A stretch of 63,561 nt of DNA, the filler included, from Asterionella formosa (lineage: Eukaryota): NCBI GenBank assembly GCA_002256025.1. It is 10 parts of 10 records of this genome, joined end to end, with 100 filler letters (N's around TTAATTAATTAA, not from the genome) between each part and the next. Parts side by side here need not be neighbours in the genome. Positions count along the whole stretch, not along the records: positions 1 to 25,222 come from NKIB01002032.1; 9 more parts are not named here. One strand, written 5' to 3'. Positions within the stretch are counted from its first letter, which is position 1; every line of letters begins with the position of its first letter. Shown one piece after another: positions 10,366-22,049 of the stretch. The position numbers were made by a program, and so were the translations under genes. The notes beneath the pieces were generated by a model. It was not told the origin of the DNA and did not search any database. It was given only the letters and a program-made list of their open reading frames with translations.

Positions 10366-12087
10366 ATGATGGAAGAAATCCAAGTCGAGATGCAGGGGGG
10401 CGCTGTCCAGGCTAATACCTCGGAACTGGTGAAAGTTGCGACTCCCCTGCTCTTGCTTTCAATGGTACCAATTCTATCGATTGCGTTGATATCATGGCAC
10501 CTGGATTTGAAACTCGAGAGCCCCATCGTGGTGGGGACGTTCCGAACGTTTGCCCAGCTGAGTATCTTGGGTCTCATTTTGCAGCCAATCTTCGTCTGGG
10601 GAGAGCAGAAATGGTGGCTTGTCTTGGGGTATACGTTTCTGATGGTGCTCATCGCGTCCTACGAAGCTGCCAGTCGGTCCAAATATTACTTCAAAGGAAT
10701 GTACTCATGCGTACTGATTTCGATACTTTCCAACATTGCTCTCGTTTCGATGTTCGCTTTTGGCGTCATTGTTAGACCAACGCCGCTTTGGGACCCTCAG
10801 TACGTCATTCCTATAGTCGGCATGCTCCTGGGAAACTCTATCAGTGGCGTTGGCCTATCGCTCAACTCAATTTTAACGGCGCTGGTGGAACAGCAGCGCG
10901 AAGTGGAGCTCTTTCTCAGTTTTGGGGCCTCTAGCTTTGAAGCCAGCTCGGGACTACTCCGAGAGTCTCTACGGACTGGAACCATGCCCTTGCTGAACTC
11001 GATGGCCATAATTGGCCTTGTATCTATTCCTGGAATGATGACAGGTCAAATTCTGGGAGGCTCACCGGTGATGGAGGCGGCGCAATATCAAATGCTCATC
11101 ATGTACCTAATTGGCGCCTCTACGTTTGGAACGATCTTGACCGAAATTTGGATTGCCCTTCGAGTAGGGTTTGACTCCTCATGTATGTTGCGAAACGACC
11201 GATTCATCAAGCGTGTCGAACGTGAATCATTTCTTGGTCGCATCTTCACCATATGTCGCATGTTCCATTTGGTAATCCGCAAGCCACCAGCGGACACACA
11301 CGAGACTACGCCATTGAAGCAAAACGGTAGTACTACTACCAACGCATTTATAGCACCCAAAGGAAGACTCGAAGTTCGAACTTTGAAAACTGTTTCGTTG
11401 TCGTCGTTTGACACGAAGCTGGAAGTCATGGGAATTCAACGATCGTTCGCTGCTGCGTCAGGGGACGATGCCACCCGTCGTGTATTGTTTCATGATATCA
11501 CCTTTCAAGTAGCAGCAGGGGAAATCGCCTTGGTGAGCGGCCCAAGTGGAGTGGGCAAGTCTCAGCTCCTTCGGGCTGTGGCAGGTCTCAGTCCGATTGA
11601 TGAAGGATATATTCAACTCGCTGGAACAAATCGCCATGACTATGCCGATCCCACAGATTGGCGAAAGCACGTTCGATATGTGACACAATATAAGGTGGAT
11701 GTCCCCGGTACACCTATTGATTTTATTCAAAGGGTCACGTCCTTTAAATCTTGGCATAGGGATGTTGGAGCGCCCCTGGCAGACGAGATGCTGACCACAA
11801 CACGGGGACTAGTTCAGAGTTGGGGTATGGAAGGTGACTGTCTGGAAAAGGAATGGGCATTATTTTCCGGAGGAGAAGCCCAGAGAATTATCGTTGCCCT
11901 GGCACTGGCATCCCGCCCCATGGCTTTGTTGTTTGACGAAGCAACTTCCGCGCTAGATATGGAGTCGAAACTTCGTGTGGAAAATACTGTGAACATGTTT
12001 GCGGGTAAATTCGGCATTAGTGTTTTGTGGATTACCCATGATCAAGAACAAGCCGAGAGAATGCGGGACAACAAACCAAATGTTTGA
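10366..12087 (+). CDS. Fused ABC transporter: FetB/YbbM/STAR2(ALS3)-type permease + FetA/YbbL/STAR1-type ATPase
   Basis: N-half has UPF0014 motifs (RTFAQLSILG, PQYVIPIVGMLLGNS, GLVSIPGMMTGQILGG.P..AAQYQ). C-half has Walker A GPSGVGKS, signature FSGGEAQR, Walker B LLFDE and ITHD. First ATG at 10366. Confidence 0.92.
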   Translation: MMEEIQVEMQGGAVQANTSELVKVATPLLLLSMVPILSIALISWHLDLKLESPIVVGTFRTFAQLSILGLILQPIFVWGEQKWWLVLGYTFLMVLIASYEAASRSKYYFKGMYSCVLISILSNIALVSMFAFGVIVRPTPLWDPQYVIPIVGMLLGNSISGVGLSLNSILTALVEQQREVELFLSFGASSFEASSGLLRESLRTGTMPLLNSMAIIGLVSIPGMMTGQILGGSPVMEAAQYQMLIMYLIGASTFGTILTEIWIALRVGFDSSCMLRNDRFIKRVERESFLGRIFTICRMFHLVIRKPPADTHETTPLKQNGSTTTNAFIAPKGRLEVRTLKTVSLSSFDTKLEVMGIQRSFAAASGDDATRRVLFHDITFQVAAGEIALVSGPSGVGKSQLLRAVAGLSPIDEGYIQLAGTNRHDYADPTDWRKHVRYVTQYKVDVPGTPIDFIQRVTSFKSWHRDVGAPLADEMLTTTRGLVQSWGMEGDCLEKEWALFSGGEAQRIIVALALASRPMALLFDEATSALDMESKLRVENTVNMFAGKFGISVLWITHDQEQAERMRDNKPNV

Positions 12088-12311
12088 AGGGTATACAGCA
12101 CACTTAACAAATTTGCGGTTACCACAGTTCGCGCGCGATCAATCTCGTCGTCGATGAAATCCTTATTGCATCTAGGATAGGTCGAAATGAGACCGTGCAC
12201 GATCTAAGATTTCCATATAGCTTGTTTCAATTCGACAATCCCACATACACATGTTGTTGCCAGCTGCGAGTCCTTTCCCAGTTTCACAAAAACATTGCTA
12301 TTTTAGTGCTT

Positions 12312-13196
12312 TCAAAAGACGCGCTGTCGTATTTCTTTAAAGGGCGACGTCTCACTATGTATGGTACGAAAATTGTCAGTGGGCAACCAAATGGTCAACG
12401 CATATCGATGCAATGTTTCCTCGTGCTCCCGGGCATGTGGAGCTGTAGGAAGTACTTCATGCGGGATTTCGTCGCTCCAAAACATGACCAAGCGCCCTCC
12501 CACGGGAGACAGATCCAGTATGGTATTCTCTTTTAGATACAACCGTAAGGCTCCACCATCCTGTGCCTCATTGTAGGATGGATTCAAATACAGAATAACC
12601 GTTAATTTGCGAACATCTTGACTTGAAAGTCCTTGAGTGTTGTCCACATGCAGCGGATAGACCGACCCTCCTGGTAAGGTCACTGCCAATTTGGCATTGA
12701 ATGCTTGATTGGACAAGTCCAAATCAGGATTCTCTCGATTGAGAATGGGTGGCAAGTATGTAATGATGGCAGTCATGTATCGCAATAGATCTGGTGCTGT
12801 GTCGTAGTCGCCTCCATCAGGTTCGCACGCGTAGACGCCTTCCTTGTCGAACCGGGTCGTGGTTATTGCGCCAGTGCTAGACTCGACCGATTTTTCACTC
12901 CAACTGGGTTCAAATCTTCCCTCCTTTCGGAGTGCTATGGCTTGATGTCTCATCGCTTGAATGGTGGTATCGTTGTTGGATTCGAATAGCGCCGTCGTGG
13001 TAAAATATCCGTTCGTGGCCAAATCTTTGGACATTTCCGATTGCAGCTGCAGGAGTCGACGTTGAATGGATTCGACGCATACAACTGATGGCGCAGATGC
13101 TGCTGGTGATGTAGTAGTTACATACCGAACTGCGGTTGCTGGGTGACATGTCCATGGTCGGACCAATACAATGCAACGTCGGACGTTCCACATCAT
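12312..13196 (-). CDS. 2OG-Fe(II) oxygenase, prolyl-4-hydroxylase/EGLN-like, probable mitochondrial presequence
   Basis: YPLHVDN (HxD), RKLTVILYLN, GGALRL, PVGGRLVMFWS..PHEVLP, RYALTIW. Confidence 0.88.
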   Translation of the reverse strand: MMWNVRRCIVLVRPWTCHPATAVRYVTTTSPAASAPSVVCVESIQRRLLQLQSEMSKDLATNGYFTTTALFESNNDTTIQAMRHQAIALRKEGRFEPSWSEKSVESSTGAITTTRFDKEGVYACEPDGGDYDTAPDLLRYMTAIITYLPPILNRENPDLDLSNQAFNAKLAVTLPGGSVYPLHVDNTQGLSSQDVRKLTVILYLNPSYNEAQDGGALRLYLKENTILDLSPVGGRLVMFWSDEIPHEVLPTAPHAREHEETLHRYALTIWLPTDNFRTIHSETSPFKEIRQRVF

Positions 13197-13236
13197 GAAA
13201 AGATCTGTTTGCTATTACTGTATCAGGATGAGACAC

Positions 13237-13261
13237 TACCTGGTACCTGGTACCTGGTACC
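13237..13261. promoter_or_regulatory. (TACCTGG)3 tandem; representative of GGTACC/CCTGGTA/TACCGGTA clusters found 5' of many genes
   Basis: Seen directly. Similar clusters at ~9900-9915, 14280-14350, 18650-18830, 19740-19782, 21375-21395, 23255-23460, 23690-23705, 27785-27918 and 48485-48500. The regulatory role is inferred. Confidence 0.4.
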
Positions 13262-14670
13262 AGATGTAGATCTACAACGAGGAGACAAGATCATGTGGGA
13301 GGACATGAGAACGGGATTTACAGTTATTATTATGTGATGCTCAATTTCGAAATCAAGCATTAATATCATCTGATTCTGGATTCCGTTTCTCGGTATACTC
13401 CTTAGCAGGCTTTGTCGTATGTGGCTTCCTGGTACATGCTGCACACACCGACCTCTGTGTCGCGCCTGTAAAATGGTTACCGGTAAAATGGTTATGCAAC
13501 TCATGTTCGGGGGATTTGCGATTTCGTACAAAGGCCCAACAGGTCTCTGCTTGAGTCAATCAATCTTCATGTCTCAGGCACGATACTAAAAGAGAGGGGC
13601 TTTCATCTGCAATTTTATTCCGTTTCTGACCTGAACAAATTCGTAGGCCTAAATATGATATAAAATTTGAGTACCAGGTGCTGAGCTCTGAGGTTATGAA
13701 CAGTTTGCAACAGAAAATGTGTACGGTATTTTGCTGGTTCTCGAATTCTTGCCGTTATTCTGTCGCTTTCATTTTTGAGCCCAGTGGAAAATCCACCAAT
13801 TGCTATGCCCACTATGTATGGAAGTACAGAGCTACGAGTATCAGGTACTTCTACCAGGATACCGGTAGTACTCTACAACTCAGCCCAAACGACCTTTTTA
13901 TTCTGTCCGCATATGCCCTAATATGAACAAGAGATGCTTTCTTCCAACGAATCTAGCTACCAGGTACAGGATCACTACTTCCAGTCCTCAAGATATCATT
14001 GTTGTGACATTCTGAGGGTCAACGGAACTATTAGGGGAACAGTCATAAATAAATATTTCGAAGTGGAGGTTTCCGAAATATTTGGTGGGGCATATATTCC
14101 GATCACTGAGTGCACCGGACATATTTGTCCCAAAAATCATCACGATTCTTGGTTTTTGCTTTAAGTATTATTTTGCTTACCGGGTGGCTTGTATTCCAAG
14201 ATTAGTTTTCTGAACTCATCACTGGGCATATATTAATGTTTTGATTGCGACATTTAGACGAAACTAATGATCAAAAGTTGCCTGGTACAGGTTCCTGGTA
14301 CCGGTACCATGGTACTTAGAAATGGTCCCCGAGTGGTTGTGAGTACCTGGCACGGGGGTTAGATAACAGGTGCTGGAGTAGTACCAAGTACATTCCCACT
14401 TCCTACCCAGAACTGGCACCAAGCTACATACAGATCTACTTGTCATCAGGAAGTTTCTCAGCATGCGGGATGCCCCAATGCAAAGAGCCAATTCTGATTT
14501 TTCGCATTTATCCACACGCCCAGCAGATTTCATCCACAATTATAACTCTTTGACATAATTGAATATCCGATATTTCTCCTTTTCCTGTGGATGCATCCAA
14601 GCACTGGAAAACAGTCACCAATCTCACACAATATTTTGTTTGATTCAGCCAATCATTGATAATATACCTC

Positions 14671-16517
14671 ATGATGGTGAAGGGAAATACAGCGGTGGGC
14701 AAGGAGGAACCGCCTGAACATCAGCAATCGTTTCCCTTAACGGCCCAGCGAATGAATCTTCAGGACGGATTCGCCTCAGGAACAGGGTATAGAACTGAAG
14801 GCGTACTAGGTAATGCTGGTACACACGGAATGTCGTCATCAGCGGGTACGTTTTCTGTAGGTGAAGAATGTCCGAAAACGGTTGGCGAGATATTTCCGTC
14901 AGAATGTGCTCGTGTCTTAGTCCATGACTAATTTGGTAGTCGACACACATAATATATCAGCGAACATTGCTCCGTCTTACTTCCTGTTTCTTACAAATAT
15001 TTGCGACACAACAGGAACATCCTTACTCATGAGCAACGATCCATCAATGCAGCAGCGTCACGCAGCCGCGATAGACGCAGTCGCTCTGATGCGCCGGCAC
15101 CAAGAGGAGCAAACGTTCATGGCCACACGTTTGCTCGCGCTGCGTCAACAGCAAGAGCAAGCAGCATTACGCAACAGCGTGGGTGCTGCTGCTGCTGCTG
15201 CTGCTGCTACCGCGAACAGCCGACTCGGGATCGTCTCACCACTGGTGGGGAGTAGCAACACCGCTGCTTCGAGGGCTGGCCTGGAGGTATCGGCCCTACT
15301 TCAGCAACAACTGTCCCGACAGCAGCAAGATCTCGATCGTCTCCGCTCGCAAGTTGGCTTGTTCTCTCATGCCCTGAACAGGGACGCGGTCAGCACTTCT
15401 AGTTTGGGTTTGTCGCAGCAATGTCAGTTCCAAGAGTCAATGCTTGACATTGCACCTGCCGCAAGCGCTGATACTCCCTTGGTACGTCCGAGCAAGGCAT
15501 CAACTGTTCAGCACGACGCTATTGCTGCGTATTACGATGGATCATCTCTCCCGGTTCCAGAATGTGAAGAAGGCGAAGGTGACACTGACAACGATGAGGA
15601 AACAAGCAGAAAATCGAAAGGTGGCATTATTGAGCCCTTTCCCACAAAGCTCTTTCGCATAATTGAAGATGCAGAGAAGGATGGTCGTGATGACATAATA
15701 TCATTTTTCTCGCACGGTCGAGCCTTTGCTATCCACAAACCGCGGGTTTTTGTCTCCCAGTTGATGCCCGACTACTTCAGTACAAGTCGCATGTCCTCCT
15801 TTCAACGCCAACTCAATCTATGTACGTTGAATTTTATCGTCCTTGCTTTATACATTAGTTTCCCGCCGCCACCGCCGTCGAACTCACTTCCTCTTGCTCA
15901 TTCCAGATGGATTCCGAAGAATCACCGACGGCCGCGATAAGGGGGGTTATTTTCATGAGTTCTTCCTCAAGGGGCGAAAGGGGTTATGTAAAAAAATAAA
16001 GCGTAAGAAGCTATCAAAGGCGCTCATAACTGAGACTACCCCTTCAATGGATCAAGGAGGATCTATTTTTCCAACTAATCGGTTCACCCAATTTAGCACG
16101 GGAAATAACAACTCCATGACGAATTATACAGATGCCGCCAATCTTTTCCAATTACAGCTCCTTGCAGCTGCGCAGAGCGGAGGGCTTGGTGGGACGACCG
16201 GCAATGCTGGGTTCGCTGGAGCCACTTCCATGGGAGGCTTTTCTGGTCTTGGCAGTTTTGGCGGTAACATGGGTGATACGGGTAGATTCGCTGCCCAACA
16301 ACTGTTTACGAACGCTGGCTTTGGTGGTGGTGCTCATAGTACAATGGCCGGTATTCAGAGTTTACCCAATTTTGCGTCGCTTTTGCAGGAAAAACAGTTT
16401 ATGGAACACAAGCAGCTTTTAGCCCATTTGCAACAATTAGAGCAATTGCAAAAAATTTCATCGCCGCCTCTTCCACCAAGGGGACCTTCCAGCTTCGAAG
16501 GCAGACATTCACTGTAA
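14671..16517 (+). CDS. Heat-shock-factor (HSF-type DNA-binding) transcription factor, 3 exons (14671-14845, 15015-15821, 15907-16517)
   Basis: PFPTKLFRII...IISFFSHGRAFAIHKPRVFVSQLMPDYF..SRMSSFQRQLNL|YGFRRITDGRDKGGYFHEFFLKG. GT-AG introns 14846-15014 and 15822-15906 restore the frame. Q/A-rich flanks. Confidence 0.9.
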
Positions 16518-17102
16518 GCAGAACCGTGAAATGTTAGCCCTTCGCTTGCTCAGCAAATCCAAAGGACAATTGAACATGAAAGTACCAAGTAGCAATGTCC
16601 CTCTCATTATGCATTGATTAACGCATAATTAGTTGTCAATATGTCGGACGTCCTGTTAGTCAAGGAGCACTATCAAATTTTTGCGAAAGAATTCCGGAGC
16701 ATTTTCGTAGTAGACTTTTACTCTCTTTCCAACGCATTTAATAAGTTTCTGTCCAAACAAGGGCAAGAAATTTTTAAAGGGTGAACCATCGTCTGTCCCA
16801 CAAGACTGATCATCAAATATCTTAGCCGGGTAAGACTTGATAGCAAAGGTGTCGAGGCCACAATCTACATACATTTGTTACACTTAATATCTAGAGGAAG
16901 CACCATGATAGAATGCAAGATAGCAATTACAATTAAGTTTTGGTTATCGTTAAAATATGAAGTAGGATACTCAATGGGTAAAGAGCAAGCCTTTAATAAT
17001 CTATCATTCCGGTACGTCAGTAGCTCAAACATATCTATGTTTACCCCATAAACCCCAATGGCGGCATGTGAATATACCAGGAGAGTAATTTATACAAGCA
17101 TT

Positions 17103-18539
17103 CTAAGGATCTGAATCAGGAACTGGTGAGCTATTTGAAATTCCTCCAGATGGTGTAGAACCAAGATCAATCCGTGGCTTCTTGGGTAGTGGCCCATCCG
17201 GGATCAAATCTGCGGCTGCTTTGAGGATGGGAATACACAAATGAGGATAGGCCTTCATCTCCTCCTGGAAGGTGGCGTTTGCAGTAACTTGTCGAATGTT
17301 TGCCATAATAAAATCAATGCACGCTCGCGACAATCGCTGAGCCTTGAAATCCTCAGTCGCACAATACATCCTTGCAACTGTTCCAACTTCCATGTGATTG
17401 CGAACAAGTTCATGTTCAATAATACGCTTCAGATCCCTCAAAAGCCACTTGTCCGATAGGTGCAAAATGGTCAGGAGATCATCTGTTAAAATGTTCGCAA
17501 TATTGCTGATTCGGTTGGTGTATAGGAATTCAAGGGTGTGGTGAATATGAAAGACCGAGAATTCTGGTTCAACGCGGACAGTACATTCAGCAGATTCCCG
17601 AAATGCGATCCCCGAATTGGCCCCTCCAGAGGGAGTGGCTCCTTTCCGAAACAGAGCCTTGAAGTATTCAGCTCTAGCAGTGAGAATGCACTTGTGTGCT
17701 CTTATTTCTACCATACCATCCATATTGTCCTCTACACCAGCTTCCTGTTTGACAACCATTCCTTCAGGGTGAACCAAAAATACACAATCCATGTGCTCTT
17801 CGTCGTCTAGCAGTTCCTTCATATCCTTGAAAAACTCATCATCGTTGCTTGCTGGTTCCGGTGGCTGTTGCTTACGTCGTTTCCGAACCATAATAGTGTC
17901 CCCTCGTTGTAGCTGCACCGATTCTGGAGTATCTTCATTTTCTAAGGGATTCACAAAGTAGTATTCTAGGTCGTCCTTTCTAAGGCCGTGGTATTTCGCA
18001 TAATGGCGGAAGAGCGACGAAAATCGCTGCGTCTTTAGCATCAGACACGAATAGTTGGTTTCCGCGGTGACGCGACGAATGGTATTTTCCGTTCCAGTCA
18101 AATACAAATCTTCCTCTGCCTGTGCGATATTAGTGGGGAGAATGCAGCGTGGTGAGCCAATGGGATTCATAGATGGTCGTTGATTCGTTCCTTCTGTTTT
18201 AGAGTTCCACAGCGCGAAACAACTTTTCCTGAGTTCTGTTGTGCTTCAATCAAAGGATAAATTTCCACCTTCGAGATAAATTGCACAAGAGCTGCAATGG
18301 TTGCATGGGTAGGCTATGGAACCGGAGAGCACAAGTCCATTCAGCAATTGCCTTGAGAAATTCAAATCAGTCTAGTATCAGTTCTACACGAGTCTACACT
18401 AGTCTGACGGCGAGTGGAAATGCAGCTTTCTTTCTCTTTCCGCTCACGCTCTTACCTTGACTGTAAACTCAACATGCTCGTTCATCTGTCCGTTACCTCC
18501 GCCTCCACCTCCTCCTCTAGCATTGTTATTTGCCGCCAT
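17103..18539 (-). CDS. Ubiquitin/SUMO-like domain + BTB/POZ(-BACK-like) protein, 2 exons (18539-18456, 18119-17103)
   Basis: Ubl-like FSSLFRHYAKYHGLRKDDLEYYF...EDTPESVQLQRGDTIMV. BTB DCVFLV...AHKCILTARAEYFKALF...LEFLYT. In-frame GTAAG...CAG intron 18120-18455. Confidence 0.85.
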
Positions 18540-19179
18540 GGTGAGAACGAGAATATAAAAAGAGAGTTGCAATGAATGTGGTTTTTGGGGACTGCTTTAC
18601 TATGCATCATATAGCAAATGCATGAGATGTTATTCTGTCGCATGCATACCCGGTATCCTATCGTAGTACCTGGTAGTTATCTACGTACAGTGGCATCGTA
18701 CCACCGGCATGATTTGAAAATGTGCACCAGATAACCTGGTACCTGTACCAGGTCTCGTACCAGGTACTGGAACCGGTAGACAAATAGACCACCTAGCAGG
18801 TACATGCCAACATGATGATAAAAAGTACCAGGTTTTACGTACAGAGGAAGGTCCTGTGATCGGGATATTTAGCTCAATCTTTGCTAAATTTGCTTTCTGG
18901 CATAAGTAGCTATGGTCAGTATTGCTACTGGTGGTAGCCTAAAATCGTTTTTTCATTGCATCTGTTGCATTAGGCTCAATTGAACGTTGACCCTACATTT
19001 TGAAGACTAGTCCAATCCCTGAATGCATCTCTGTTCTGAATGAGTGATGACTTCAATTGTTGTACCAAACTCAACACGTTCTACGCAAAGCGCAACACTA
19101 GTACCGGTATCATTATTCTTGACAGCACCGCCTTCTTTTGATCACAAAGAGTTCAATTTTATCCTTCTACGATATTCAT

Positions 19180-19590
19180 TTATAACGGCGTGCGATTGCC
19201 ACCGCCCTTTCGCAGAGGTTGGTTCTGAGATTTCCATCCAACTGTGCACGGACGAGCAAACTGTGATTTTCCTCTCGTAAAATCCGACGATCCTTCTTTC
19301 CCCTTGGCTCCTCCTCCGGCTCGAACCTTGTTCTTGAAGGCGATCTTCTTGTCGAGTCCACAAGTTGCTTTATTGGCTTCTTGGTGTTCTGGCTGGGCAT
19401 CGAAAAAGACAAACTTGCTGTTGTCATCGTTGGTCTTGCCGTGGACCGTGCGCGAGTGACTGCTCTTGCTCACGCCGTCGGGATTGGGAAACACAGTCGT
19501 CGGGGGGTTCACCAGAACGAACCGAGTTTCATGCTCGGCAGCGGTGAAGCCTTCAGAGGAAGATGATGATTCACTAGTATGAGGAGGCAT
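19180..19590 (-). CDS. Small hypothetical protein or gene remnant
   Basis: 136-codon ORF from ATG 19590, with a GGTACC-motif cluster upstream. No recognised domain. Confidence 0.35.
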   Translation of the reverse strand: MPPHTSESSSSSEGFTAAEHETRFVLVNPPTTVFPNPDGVSKSSHSRTVHGKTNDDNSKFVFFDAQPEHQEANKATCGLDKKIAFKNKVRAGGGAKGKEGSSDFTRGKSQFARPCTVGWKSQNQPLRKGGGNRTPL

Positions 19591-20242
19591 GATGGTGGCG
19601 AAGGAACCAATAGATCGACGCAACCAGGTGGGAGTTTGTGTACTGGAATACCGGGATTTTGTATACCGGTATTATCAGGTTTAGTTCAGTTTGCGTTGAT
19701 GATAATTGCCTTGCGTTTTTGTGGTTCCTAATTTATTGATGGTACCAGGGTACCAGGTACCTACCTACCTGGTACCGGTACTACATAGCTAAGTGGACGC
19801 TTCGTGAGTACCAAAGTCTACATACGAACAATTCTTTCGTGCAGCACTATCATAGTAACTTTCCCATCAGAAATGATGAATGTGAGGGCTTGATGTCCCT
19901 GTACATACCAGTACTCCAAGTTTCTTTCATGTTCGCTTTTGTAACACATACGCTTTGACACCTCTACCTCCTGCTGAACCACTGACTCGTAGGCTTTAGG
20001 AACCGGCTCCCCGGTACATATCCGCACGGTGGCTCTATGATGGTCACCCCATGACGCTACTGGTAGTACTGGTTGGTAATCCAAGCAATGAATTATGCTT
20101 GTTCTATTTACACAAACTATCCATGCTAAAAAAGTGACGTCGGAACTATGTGAATGACTTGACGGCTAGCTAACAGTTGCTCACCCCGAAGGACTGTTTA
20201 TCCCTTAAAAATTCCAACAACATGGGATCACCACCATGATCT

Positions 20243-21246
20243 CTACACCAACCACTTAATCATAAACTTTCTCTTAGTAAATGTTGTTGGATTCTTTTGA
20301 AACTCAAACCCTGCCTTTTCGTACAATCGCACTGCACCTACGTTCTCGTCTTCCACTTCCAATGTAATTAACTCTGCATCGGTCTGGTCCCTTGCATACG
20401 CCTCCATGGCCTTGATCAATGCCTGTCCCACCCCACGTCGTCGCATGGAGTCATGCACAAGCATATTTTTCATGTGCACATGAGGGGGGAAGTCTCCCAC
20501 CACTTGTACACCAGGAGGACTCATGGGCGAATTCCGCAACTGACCATCAACTACTCCCATGATCCCCTTGGCAGGAGCAAATAGTGGATCGTCCGATAGT
20601 GCGCTTACACCAAAGTCTTGCTTTCGCTTGAGACCTTCGGCGTAATCTACCAAGATCCGATTTTCGGATTCAGCTTCGGATGGGACGTAGACAGATTTGC
20701 CCATGAAGTTGTTCACAGCCAGGGCCCCTCCGATCATACCACCGACGGCCACTATATAAATAGGATAAATAGACGCGAGAAACGGTTAGCTCATCAAGAG
20801 ATGGGAAGGATTGAGTTAACGAGAATCGTCGCAAATAGGTCGCAAATAGAGGACTCACGATATATCTCTACCGCGGCTGAAATTGATTTGGTTTCCCAAT
20901 ATTGATACAGCGCAATGGGGGGTCCAATAATCAACAATCCAGTCTTTAGCCCGTTCAAGGCCTCGGCAGTATTATCCTTTGTGCCGAGCTTCTTTTTCGC
21001 TGCTTCTACCATCATTTTCGGCGTCGTGAGTTGATTGCGAAAGGTGGCCACCGCAACGACATCTTCGTCAGTTTCAACTCGTTTGGTAGGGTACTCTTTA
21101 ATGTCAGAAAAGCCTTCAATGGATTTTGCGGAACGTTGGGTTGATCGGGTCGTCGGCGAGGTAGCTTGAAAGGCGGTGGCACAACTACTGCTGCCTAGCA
21201 AGGTAAGCAGAAACGTAAGTCTAACAATCATGATGATGGTATGCAT
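20243..21246 (-). CDS. GNAT-family N-acetyltransferase, probably plastid-targeted, 2 exons (intron 20752-20858)
   Basis: Signal peptide ending SSCATA|FQ (ASAFAP-like) followed by an S/T/R-rich transit peptide. Acetyl-CoA motif VHDSMRRRGVGQALI, then LEVEDENVGAVRLYEKAGF. The GTGAG...TAG intron restores the frame. The start may be 21231. Confidence 0.85.
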
Positions 21247-21791
21247 AGGTTACTAGAATGGAGCGAGCAGAGGAATTATCATTCCACAATTTATGATCAA
21301 ATCGCTTTGCATCACCCGTTGTATCTTGATGTCCTTCAATTTTGATCCTTGCTTTGTTCGTTCGTTTTACCGCTGTACCGGTACCTGGTACCACGGTAGG
21401 GAGTAGTATTTGCATTGTATTACATACGGTATATACCGGTATATAAATATCTAGCTTTTTGCATGAAATGTCCGTGTGGTACTAGTTACACGTTTGTAAA
21501 TTGTATTCTAACATAAAAATTAAACAATATTCTATAATGTAGAATGAATATACGCATGCAGGTGCTGGTGGTGGTCGAAAAGTTGGCTTTTAATAGCTAC
21601 GCCGAAACAAACAAGATCCCGTCCAAGTTGAACTTCTCCTCCTGCGCGCTTTTTCTATTGTACACCCTGAATTTTAGCACGACAGCACCAGCAGTTCGAA
21701 AATTATTGGTGTTTGGTGTCACCGGCCTCGAAAAAAATGTACAGGCTGGTCCGTCCTTCAGCAACAATGGGGGGTAAGGTCACAAAACGTC

Positions 21792-21894
21792 GAGGTGCCA
21801 ATTAGGTGGGGTTGGGCCCAGAGGTGCTTGTTAGGGTGAAGGAGGTGCCTATAGGTTATCGGCCAAGGTGCATACGGTTAGCTGCAGAGGTGCT
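21792..21894 (+). repeat. Array of five AGGTGC motifs at 21-29-bp spacing
   Basis: GAGGTGC or AAGGTGC at 21792, 21821, 21842, 21865 and 21887. Confidence 0.6.
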
Positions 21895-22049
21895 AATGCC
21901 AACCCCAAAATCTTTCACACATAACGATGGAGACAATAATATTCTGCCCTAGCAGTAAGTTTGTTGTACCTGATGCATTTTTCTTAAAGTCCGTGCTGAT
22001 GATTTGTTGTAGTCTGCATGTATGGAAATGGTCCATCGTTTATAAATGT

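Noticed and set aside
15183..15209. (GCT)n microsatellite
   Set aside because: It simply encodes a poly-Ala tract in the HSF protein.
21792..21894. CRISPR-like repeat-spacer array
   Set aside because: The repeat is only 6-7 bp, the context is eukaryotic, and there are no cas genes.
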